Shown here in pieces: positions 46,001 to 52,791 of a stretch of DNA of 64,000 nt; within the stretch, counting starts at the first letter, position 1, and every line of letters begins with the position of its first letter. The stretch covers positions 23,545-87,544 of the forward strand of contig JAKAOF010000003.1 in NCBI GenBank assembly GCA_021823345.1, read 5' to 3'. Under the pieces are notes generated by a model. It was given only the letters and a program-made list of their open reading frames with translations, did not search any database and had not been told where the DNA came from. Made by a program: the position numbers and the translations under genes. Origin of the DNA: Thermoplasmata archaeon (GTDB lineage: Archaea; Thermoplasmatota; Thermoplasmata; Lutacidiplasmatales; UBA184).

Positions 46001-46902
46001 AGTCCTACAGCGGGCTCCCGGGCGGCTGTCTGAGCTCGAACACCACCACCCTCTCGTGCAAGCCCACCACGTCGGGAAAGTTCACCGTGGTCGCGACCGT
46101 GGTGGATGCGCGCGGAAAATCGACCACCGACTCCGTGGTCCTCATGGTCTCGGCCCCGGCAGGTTATCCGACGGTGTCGCTGGCCGCCAGCCCGGCCAGT
46201 CTGGTGTTGGGGAACTCCACCACGTTCCAAGTAACCGTCACCGGAGGAACGGCGCCCTTCACGTACGCCTACACCGGCCTTCCCACCGGATGTACGAACT
46301 CAAACGCCGCAACATTGGCTTGCACGCCGACCGCGGTCGGAAACTACGACACCTACGTGAACGTCACGGACGCGAACGGTCACTCCGGTTCGGGAACCGC
46401 CCCGGTGACCGTTACGGCACCGCCCACCGTGTCGAAGCCCCAGATCACGTCGTTCACGGCCTCGAGCAATCCGGTCACTGTGGGAAGTACCACCCAGTTT
46501 AGCGTGAAGGTCACGGGCGGTGTGACCCCCTATTCCTTCGCCTACTCGGGCCTCCCCACGGGTTGCGCGAGCGTGAACACCAGTGCGTTCACATGCTCCC
46601 CGACCGCCACGGGAACCTTCAACGTCACGGTCGTGGTGACCGACGCGCACAAGCAGGTCGCCCGCGATTCGCTGTCGTTGAGCGTGCAGAATTCCCCTAC
46701 GAAAGGGGGGAGCTCCGGGAACAGCTTGGGTGGAGATACGCTGTACCTCATCCTGGCGGTCGTGGTCGCTGCGGTCGTCGTGACGGCACTCCTGCTCCAC
46801 CGCCGTAGGAAGTCCAAAGGGGAGCCCGCTCCCGCACCGGAGCCTGCCGCCCCGGCCACCGAGGCGCCGAGCCCCAGCGGCGAGGCATGGACCGGGCAAT
46901 AG
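43030..46902 (+). CDS. giant membrane-anchored ecto-protein: signal peptide, phosphoesterase (PLC/AcpA family) domain, PQQ-like beta-propeller, 4 tandem Ig-like (He_PIG/PKD-like) repeats, C-terminal TM anchor
   Basis: MRASILASVVMCLLVVSMFPVSSASA signal. VIIVIQENHAFDNYF (phosphoesterase family hallmark). Repeated LYTCGLDGILRSLNPTTGALLWQ-type PQQ blades. Four ~88-aa repeats containing PYTxAYSGLPxGC...TGTFTVxVxVTD. LYLILAVVVAAVVVTALLLHRRRKSKGE anchor. Very many NxS/T sequons. Confidence 0.75.
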   Translation: MRASILASVVMCLLVVSMFPVSSASAIARNTATPSSVSHQPLSGVLLPATRSPIKHVIIVIQENHAFDNYFSNFSGAFGLPPGGVPQPGSYSNVTSYHPQYPLTWNYGGNESFSNPEHGEDSILGEQDNGSMDGFFYKDGGEANGLFPSYIVSNSLGLAGEYGVADNYYTDFAGPTLPNRLYYYGISPGTATSDSNPPGDAITVPNLPQELQQNGISWASYDGSYNQYPGSSCALALFPTDPCWYFTYLNSSDPAAQLAPELYYSWLQQEYNSTGAIPQLRNYNVIYSNLTSNTLPSVSWFTSDWTCCTEHPSDANTSFIGGNVSQGQQSFLELVHAVEDSSYWNSTAIFLTYDEGGGFFDSSPSPMATPMGTGLRVPLIVISPYSKEGYVSHTYLTPSSLLHFVEWNWGLPSLGWLDNSSNLPLGFFNFSETPRQPLNQSVYGSANLTTTVPWVPQVVASGYKGSYVPSLLTNHDVNWTYQTQNVLTNAPVLSSGALYTCGLDGILRSLNPTTGALLWQRSLGSGCRSSPTPLLGGGAIATTLHGSVVAYGASGTLAWNISLSAPIYNNLTLVGSTYYGDLQNGTVFAINGTTHVVQWEKRESATPIYASPVYDAANHYLLLSATGSGVIAINLTGSPVWTAHVPGGTFAQGAVCGTSFYVTSPAGGLYPIALPAGTVGTPAALNDSLATPLCSGNDLFVGDNTTFRAFSLSPSLTQLWSNTTHSMQGGSAVASGSSILMDTQGGNIEWFSPNSSAPSLVWNSGTSFFGTPLVTPSWLYFTGEDGNVYGAVTRGAIQVQVLPTNATVSISGVPLATPGGTGTALESPGSYTVSASAPGYATASKTTSVSLGRTSYVNLTLAQNVSKVVISSFVANPSSFTLGNSTALTVVASGGKLPYTYAYSGLPKGCGGSNAANISCAPTVTGTFTVGVNVTDSLGSWAVQSTTFTVNPVAVGAPTITSFTANPSTITLGSSTVLTLTVTGGTPPYTESYSGLPGGCLSSNTTTLSCKPTTSGKFTVVATVVDARGKSTTDSVVLMVSAPAGYPTVSLAASPASLVLGNSTTFQVTVTGGTAPFTYAYTGLPTGCTNSNAATLACTPTAVGNYDTYVNVTDANGHSGSGTAPVTVTAPPTVSKPQITSFTASSNPVTVGSTTQFSVKVTGGVTPYSFAYSGLPTGCASVNTSAFTCSPTATGTFNVTVVVTDAHKQVARDSLSLSVQNSPTKGGSSGNSLGGDTLYLILAVVVAAVVVTALLLHRRRKSKGEPAPAPEPAAPATEAPSPSGEAWTGQ
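45621..46700 (+). repeat. four tandem ~265-bp coding repeats (Ig-like domain repeats) inside the giant ecto-protein gene
   Basis: The protein-level repeats ITSFTANPSTITLGSSTVLTLTVTGGTPPYTESYSGLPGGC..., VISSFVANPSSFTLGNSTALTVVASGGKLPYTYAYSGLPKGC..., SLAASPASLVLGNSTTFQVTVTGGTAPFTYAYTGLPTGC... and ITSFTASSNPVTVGSTTQFSVKVTGGVTPYSFAYSGLPTGC... are visible directly in the ORF translation. Confidence 0.6.
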
Positions 46903-47306
46903 TCCATTTTGACGGGGCGTCGGTCCTCGCCCGCGGGCGGTACATCGGCGGGTGGGGCTTCACGGTCGAAGCACCCTCGATCCACCGGGAAGAGTTCGGT
47001 CACCTCGATCTCGCGGAAAGCGGGGCCACGAACAACGTAGCCGAGTACACCGCGGCGGTCCGGTCGCTCGAATACCTCGTGCAAGCCGGGTACCACGGAC
47101 CGGTCGAGGTGTACGGAGATAGCCAGCTGGTCGTCCGCCAGTTTACCGGAGAATACCGCGTGCGGGCCGAACACCTCCGACCGTACCACGAACGCCTCCA
47201 GGCCCTGGGCCGCTCCTTCGAGAGTGTACGATTCATCTGGATCCCCCGAGAGGAGAACCAACGGGCCGATACCCTGAGCAAGCAGGGGCTTTCTGGCGAA
47301 GGCTAG
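46887..47306 (+). CDS. rnhA: ribonuclease HI
   Basis: FDGAS...NNVAEYTA...YGDSQLVVRQ...EENQRADTLSK, the RNase H catalytic D-E-D-D context. The start overlaps the giant gene's end. Confidence 0.85.
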   Translation: MDRAIVHFDGASVLARGRYIGGWGFTVEAPSIHREEFGHLDLAESGATNNVAEYTAAVRSLEYLVQAGYHGPVEVYGDSQLVVRQFTGEYRVRAEHLRPYHERLQALGRSFESVRFIWIPREENQRADTLSKQGLSGEG

Positions 47307-48073
47307 CTCAGGGGGCGCAGGGCCTCGACCAGCGCCTCGACCGAAGGCTCTTGCGGGACCAGCACCCGTTCGACCCCGGAGCGCACGAGCGCCTGGAGCG
47401 TCGACGGGCCGATGGCCCCGAATCGCATGTTGGGGTACTGGCGCTGGAAGTCGCGGCCCGTCTCCGCCAGCCAAGCATGGAAGGCCCGGACGGTGTTCTC
47501 CGAGGTGAAACCGAGGGCCTCCACGACGCCCGAGTCGAGCAGCTCGGAGAGCTCGCGTTCCGCCGTCGGGCTACGCTCCTCGGCGTAGATCGACACCTCC
47601 TCCAACGAGAATCCACCTTCTCGGAGGGCATCCCCCAGTTCCTTCCGTCGGGAGAGATTGTTCGGCCAGAGGATCCGCTGGGCACCGTGGGAACGCAGGG
47701 ACTGGGCAAGGGTTGCGCCATCGGCGGAGGACGGGATGAGCCCCACGGAGATCCCGTGCCGACCGAGCTCTTCGGCGGTCTTCGCCCCGATGGCCGAGAC
47801 GTTCCAAGGAGCGAACTGCTGCCCGGGAGATGATGCTCGCACCCGGCCCTCCATGAAAGCGAGCGTGAACCGGACGGCGTTCGCGCTGGTGAAGACGAGC
47901 CATCCCGTGCCATCCGTGGGGGCGGTCTCGAGGGCACGAAGCAGGTTCACCCGCCGCTCCAAGATGGGCACGAGCTCGAGCAGGAAGACCTCTCGCCAGT
48001 CCCCGGCCTCCATCCGGGCAAACTCCGCAGGATCCAGGTCCGTGATGGAGCCGATGCGGAGGATGACGATCAT
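47303..48073 (-). CDS. hemD: uroporphyrinogen-III synthase
   Basis: HEM4-like (LVFTSANAVRF...RILWPNNLSRR...AIGPSTLQAL). Start trimmed to the internal Met that forms an ATGA overlap with the upstream stop. Confidence 0.75.
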   Translation of the reverse strand: MIVILRIGSITDLDPAEFARMEAGDWREVFLLELVPILERRVNLLRALETAPTDGTGWLVFTSANAVRFTLAFMEGRVRASSPGQQFAPWNVSAIGAKTAEELGRHGISVGLIPSSADGATLAQSLRSHGAQRILWPNNLSRRKELGDALREGGFSLEEVSIYAEERSPTAERELSELLDSGVVEALGFTSENTVRAFHAWLAETGRDFQRQYPNMRFGAIGPSTLQALVRSGVERVLVPQEPSVEALVEALRPLS

Positions 48074-48465
48074 CGCACCAGGGGGCCGATCACGAAGAAA
48101 CCCACGAGCAGCAAGATGAGCACGGTGAGGGCGAGCCACGTGAGGGGTCGGTCCCCGACCTTGCGGAAGTACCACATTCCGGAGAACACCCGTACGACGG
48201 GAGTGGCGGCGAGCACGATGACCCCGAGGGTCATGAACGCCTCGGTGTGCAAGGTCAGCAGGCCCTGCAGCAATCCGCTGGGGGTCAGATAACCGACGAT
48301 CGGATTGTTCGACACCAACTGTCCCGGGGTGATCGACGGATACCGGCTCACGTAGGCCGCCAGCGACACGAAGATGATGGCGAGGGCCAACGCGAGTCCG
48401 ACCCGGAGGACGAGGGCCATCCGGGAGTACGCTTCCGGCGGCAGGAGGGGCTCATCCGACTTCAA
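48070..48465 (-). CDS. small membrane protein, DUF1634-like (partner of TauE/SafE)
   Basis: 131 aa with three TM helices, immediately downstream of and overlapping a TSUP/TauE gene. That pairing is typical of DUF1634. Confidence 0.5.
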   Translation of the reverse strand: MKSDEPLLPPEAYSRMALVLRVGLALALAIIFVSLAAYVSRYPSITPGQLVSNNPIVGYLTPSGLLQGLLTLHTEAFMTLGVIVLAATPVVRVFSGMWYFRKVGDRPLTWLALTVLILLLVGFFVIGPLVR

Positions 48466-49325
48466 TGCAGCACCCCCACGCCCCGCAAGATCACTTCCAC
48501 GGCCAGCACCACGAGGATCGGTATGAAGATCAGCCGGACAAACCGGTTGGTGAGCTTCGGCAGGAGATGGCTCCCACCCCAGGAGCCAAGGGCGGTGCCC
48601 AGGGCCACCGGCGCGGCCAAAGCCGGGTTGATGTACCCTCCGGCAAAGAGGACCGACACCCCTGCCGCCACGGTCACCCCGATCATGAAGTTGCTGGTGG
48701 CCGTCGCCACTTTCATGGGAAGACGTAGGTAGTGTTCGAGGGCGAGCACCTTGAGCACTCCGCTACCGATCCCGAACATGCCGGAGATGATTCCCGCAAA
48801 GAACATCGTGCCGAGCCCTCGGCGCGTGTCCTCCGCTTGATACGAGACCGTACGCTGGAGTCGGGCATCAAAGTACGATCCCCGCAGTCTGAACCGTCGG
48901 GAAAGGTCGTCGGGCTTCTGACCTGTCGGAAGTTCTTCCCCCAGGCGTTTCAGGGTGCTGGGAAGCGTGGTCAGCAGCACCACCCCCAGAAGGACCAGCA
49001 GCAGGGAGTTGAATCCCGACTTGGCGAGCAGGATGGTGGCGATGATCCCGACGAAGGCCCCGGGGACGGTCGCGATCTCGAGGAACATCCCGATCCGGAT
49101 GTCGGTGAGATGGTCATGCACGTAGGAGGAACCGCTGGTGATCGATGTGGCGAGCACGCTCACGGCGCTCGCACCGACCGCCTCGACGAAGGGGACGTTG
49201 AAGAAGATGAGGAGCACCGGCATCACCAGGAAACCGCCTCCCAATCCCCCGAGTGCACCCAGCAGCCCGGCGGCGACCGCCACCAAGAATAGGATGGCCA
49301 GGAAGGTGATGATGTCGAGGGTCAT
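48462..49325 (-). CDS. TSUP family (TauE/SafE) anion exporter
   Basis: 287 aa, 8 TM, duplicated 4-TM halves with Gly-rich motifs (GALGGLGGGFLVMPVLL and GIGSGVLKVLALEHYLRLPMKVATATS). Confidence 0.8.
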   Translation of the reverse strand: MTLDIITFLAILFLVAVAAGLLGALGGLGGGFLVMPVLLIFFNVPFVEAVGASAVSVLATSITSGSSYVHDHLTDIRIGMFLEIATVPGAFVGIIATILLAKSGFNSLLLVLLGVVLLTTLPSTLKRLGEELPTGQKPDDLSRRFRLRGSYFDARLQRTVSYQAEDTRRGLGTMFFAGIISGMFGIGSGVLKVLALEHYLRLPMKVATATSNFMIGVTVAAGVSVLFAGGYINPALAAPVALGTALGSWGGSHLLPKLTNRFVRLIFIPILVVLAVEVILRGVGVLH

Positions 49326-49357
49326 CTTTCGACCTACCTCCCGGGGAACGAAAGGGA

Positions 49358-49747
49358 CTAACCTTTCTTCTTCGCCAGGAGCTTGAGAATAGCTTCGGCG
49401 GGTTCGCCGTGGGATTCCTTGAGGGCGGCGATCGCGCTCGGTCGATCAGCGCCGGATTGGCTCATCACGAGCTCGATATCCTCTTCCGGGGGACCGGCCG
49501 GAGGAGTGGCCGCCTTCGGAGCCGCAGAGGCGGTCCCGACCGGGCGCGTGTGGACCTCGCCCATCACCTGAAAGGTCTTCATCCCCTGGACGGTCACCAT
49601 GGTCACCTCGGCATGCTCGATGACGATCTCCTCTTTCGCCCGCCGGATGATCACCTCTTGGACATCGTCCAAGTTCTCGGTGGTCATGCCCATCTTGCGC
49701 ATGGCGAGGCGCATGTTGCGCTCGTTCATTCGGCCAGAGGGCATCAT
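49358..49747 (-). CDS. nac: nascent polypeptide-associated complex protein (archaeal NAC alpha)
   Basis: NAC domain (VTMVTVQGMKTFQVMGEV) and a C-terminal UBA-like tail (DIELVMSQSGADRPSAIAALKESHGEPAEAI). The ATG overlaps the CBS gene stop. Confidence 0.85.
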   Translation of the reverse strand: MMPSGRMNERNMRLAMRKMGMTTENLDDVQEVIIRRAKEEIVIEHAEVTMVTVQGMKTFQVMGEVHTRPVGTASAAPKAATPPAGPPEEDIELVMSQSGADRPSAIAALKESHGEPAEAILKLLAKKKG

Positions 49748-51009
49748 CGTCTGCGATTATTGACCGTGGAGCCCAACTTGCTCCGGGCTTCCCCGAAGGT
49801 GGACCGGATGCGATCCTCGACATCGGCGGTGGCGGGCACGTCCTGGACGGTCGAGGCGATGACCTTCCGGGAACCCTCGCGCCGCTTGGTGCGGGTGTAG
49901 TCCTTCGCCTCCCGGACCTGGCGCTCCAACTCGTCCATGAGCGCCGACACGGCCGCCTGGAGGCTCCAGTCGGTCCGAGCGGCATGGAAGGTCCGAGAAT
50001 TCTCGGTGATGAGCCGACCCTCGAGCGTCACATCGGCGATCCGGTGCGAAGCGTGGGGGGCGACATGGATGCTGAGCATCGCGGGCTTCTCGGCATGGGC
50101 GATCCGCTTGAGACCCCGGCCGATCACCCGGTCCAGATCGGACAAGAGGTACGGATCGGTCGCGGGTCCCAGTCCGGAGAGCTGCACGTAGGCTCCCTCG
50201 ACCGACTTGCGCTGGCTGACCACGTAGGACAGGATATCGGACTGGGAGAGCACCCCCATGGGCTGCTCGCCATCCACCACGAACACGCTCGAGACCCGGT
50301 AGCGGCTCATCTGACGGACGGCCTCCTTGAGGGTCGACTTCTCCTCGACGGTGGGGGGGTGAGGGCTCATGATGCTGCGGATCAAGGTCCCGGAGGCCGC
50401 CTGGGTCTCCCCGATGTCCCGGTGACCCTTTTGAACGGGCCGCCAGAGGGCTTCGCCCAGTTCGCTCAGACCCACGATCCCGATGAGATGGTTCTTCGAG
50501 TCCACGATCGCCGCGGGCCGGTGGTCCAAGGTGGCGGCGACGCGCAACAATGAGGCACAGGTATCCTTCTCGTGAAAGACGTTCGAGATGGGGTTCACGA
50601 GTTCCCGCACGGGTTGGGCCCCCAGTTCGGGGATGGCCCCCACGGCCTTCACGATGTCCGTGCTGGAAACGATCCCGATGAGCCGGCCCTGACGGGGATC
50701 CACCACGCAGGCCGCCCGGCATTCGGTGGCCAGGAGGCGTTCCGCCACCTCCGGGAGCAGCGCCCGGGGAGGCACCGTCGGGGGGACGGACATGAGATGT
50801 CCCACCTTGGTGGTCAGGGTGATCTTGTGACGGCGGCCGATCGCATCGTACGGGAGGAGCCCTACGAGCTTCCCCTTGGTAGTGACAGGAAGCTCATGGA
50901 TCCCGTGGGTCCGCATGAGTCCGAGCGCCGTTGAAAGTGTCTCCTCAGAATCTATTGTGATCGGCTCGGGCGTCATCGCCTCCATCGCCGTGGGCCAGTT
51001 ATCCGCCAT
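49744..51009 (-). CDS. CBS-domain (four tandem CBS) protein with C-terminal helical domain
   Basis: Four repeats of the CBS pattern (e.g. GIHELPVTTKGKLVGLL, RAACVVDPRQGRLIGIVSSTDIV, PAAIVDSKNHLIGIVGL, SSVFVVDGEQPMGVLSQSDIL). Start set at MADNWPT. Confidence 0.7.
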   Translation of the reverse strand: MADNWPTAMEAMTPEPITIDSEETLSTALGLMRTHGIHELPVTTKGKLVGLLPYDAIGRRHKITLTTKVGHLMSVPPTVPPRALLPEVAERLLATECRAACVVDPRQGRLIGIVSSTDIVKAVGAIPELGAQPVRELVNPISNVFHEKDTCASLLRVAATLDHRPAAIVDSKNHLIGIVGLSELGEALWRPVQKGHRDIGETQAASGTLIRSIMSPHPPTVEEKSTLKEAVRQMSRYRVSSVFVVDGEQPMGVLSQSDILSYVVSQRKSVEGAYVQLSGLGPATDPYLLSDLDRVIGRGLKRIAHAEKPAMLSIHVAPHASHRIADVTLEGRLITENSRTFHAARTDWSLQAAVSALMDELERQVREAKDYTRTKRREGSRKVIASTVQDVPATADVEDRIRSTFGEARSKLGSTVNNRRR

Positions 51010-51931
51010 GTTCCCTCTGCTTCGACCGAGAGTCGATTGGTAAAAAAAGGGAGCGCCTGTGCCGGGCGACCGTGGCGCCGGCAGCACACCCCTCCGCGAG
51101 GCACTGCGGGAGGGCCCTTCCCCCGAGCCACGCCGAGTAGAAACCTGCCCGGAACGCATCCCCGGCTCCGGTCACCGCCTGAGGGTTCCGGACCCGTACC
51201 GGGGGACATGTCTCGGTTCCGCGCCGAGAGTGGGCCTGGGCGCCTTGGGCGCCGAGGGTCTCGACGACCAGCGGAACGCGCTCGACCAAGGCGGGAACCG
51301 AGCCGGTCTCGAGGAGACGGGCCGCCCGGTCGAGCTCATGATGGTTCCCGAAAAGAATCTCGGAAAGCGACAGCAGCTCGGCGAGGTCCTTGGCGCTCCA
51401 CCGATAGTGGATCTCCTGGGCGGGGTCGGAGGAAACGTGGATTCCGAGCGCCACCGCCGCGCGGGCCACCCGGAGCTGGAACCGGGGGTCTCCCGTGGCC
51501 AAATGGACCCATTTCACGCCTTGGAGAGGGGGGAGCGGCAAATCGGCCGTGTTGCCCATCGCGCCCTGGTCGATGAAGGTCACCTGCCGGTTCCTTTGGT
51601 CCCGGGCGATCCAGCAAGTGGGAGTGAGCTGCCCGGGACGCACGACCACCCCGCGGACGTCCACCCCATCGCTTCGAAGGAGCTCCCAGAACTCCGCCGG
51701 AAAGTCCTCCCCGATGAAAGAGGAGAGGCCCGAGTGGAGGCCGCTCCGGGCGCTCCAGCGGGCGATGTTCGATGCCGTTCCTCCCAGGTAGAGCGCGTGG
51801 TGCTGCACCGGAACCGTGCGGTCCGACTTGGGAAGTTCCTGCACGGTCACTTCATGGTCCAGGTTCGTGTGTCCCACGCAGAGAAGGTCCACGCGAGCGG
51901 ACGTTCGAGAGGACGAGCGGGAAAGGCTCAT
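50999..51931 (-). CDS. PfkB-family carbohydrate/nucleoside kinase
   Basis: Ribokinase-fold motifs including a C-terminal TGAGDAFRAGF anion hole. 310 aa. Confidence 0.8.
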   Translation of the reverse strand: MSLSRSSSRTSARVDLLCVGHTNLDHEVTVQELPKSDRTVPVQHHALYLGGTASNIARWSARSGLHSGLSSFIGEDFPAEFWELLRSDGVDVRGVVVRPGQLTPTCWIARDQRNRQVTFIDQGAMGNTADLPLPPLQGVKWVHLATGDPRFQLRVARAAVALGIHVSSDPAQEIHYRWSAKDLAELLSLSEILFGNHHELDRAARLLETGSVPALVERVPLVVETLGAQGAQAHSRRGTETCPPVRVRNPQAVTGAGDAFRAGFYSAWLGGRALPQCLAEGCAAGATVARHRRSLFLPIDSRSKQREHGG

Positions 51932-52791
51932 CGGGCCGGCCCCCGCCGGGCCAGGACAAGATGGAAAGGAAGTGCCTTCGCCGAATGGGTGATGTATCCG
52001 ACCGAGGCGAGATCCGCGCCCGAACGGGCATACGCCTCCACGTTATCGATCCCGATCGAGCCGGTGGCCTCCAGTTCCACCTTCGCCCGTACACCCGCCC
52101 GGATAAGGTGTTGATGGATGCCGGCCACCTGGGAGGGGGAGAGATTGTCCAGCAGGAGGCGGGGGACGCCGGCCCGGGCGGCCTCGAGCGCTTCGTTCCG
52201 GTCGTGCACCTCGACCATGAGAGGTATCCGGTGGGCCCGGGCATAGCGAAGCGCCGACTCGAGACTCGGCTCGAAACCGACCAGTCGCTGATGATTTCCC
52301 TTGACGAGAACCGCATCCGAAAGGTCGCGCCGGTGCGGCTCGCCTCCGCCGTGGGTGACAGCGGACTTTTCTAGGTCGCGGAGTCCGGGCAACGTCTTCC
52401 GGGTGGCGGCCACGCGGAAGCGGGGGTTGGCGCGCCGTGCGCGCACGACCACGGAATGCGTCGCGGTCGCCACCCCGGAGAGGTGCATGACGAGGTTGAC
52501 CAGGGTCCGCTCGACGGCCAGGACCTTCCGGGCTGGACCCGTCAGGGTCAGCACGAGGGTTCCCGGGGAGACCCGGTCTCCATCCCGGGCGTGAAGCCGG
52601 ACCGTGAGGCCCACCGAGCGGGCGAGCGCTCGCGCGACGGCGACCCCGCTGAGGATACCCGTCCCCTGCGCGACCAGTCGGGCGGACGCACCCATTCGGA
52701 TCGGGATGCTCGCGAGGGAGGTCACATCCTTTGCGAAGTGGTCCTCTCGAAGGAACGCTTCGAGCCCGCGCCCGGGTTCGCTACTTCCCAT
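51928..52791 (-). CDS. nadC: nicotinate-nucleotide pyrophosphorylase (quinolinate phosphoribosyltransferase)
   Basis: QPRTase-like (TRKTLPGLR...AVTHGGGEPHRRDLSDAVLVKGNH...LLDNLS). 287 aa. Confidence 0.85.
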   Translation of the reverse strand: MGSSEPGRGLEAFLREDHFAKDVTSLASIPIRMGASARLVAQGTGILSGVAVARALARSVGLTVRLHARDGDRVSPGTLVLTLTGPARKVLAVERTLVNLVMHLSGVATATHSVVVRARRANPRFRVAATRKTLPGLRDLEKSAVTHGGGEPHRRDLSDAVLVKGNHQRLVGFEPSLESALRYARAHRIPLMVEVHDRNEALEAARAGVPRLLLDNLSPSQVAGIHQHLIRAGVRAKVELEATGSIGIDNVEAYARSGADLASVGYITHSAKALPFHLVLARRGPAR

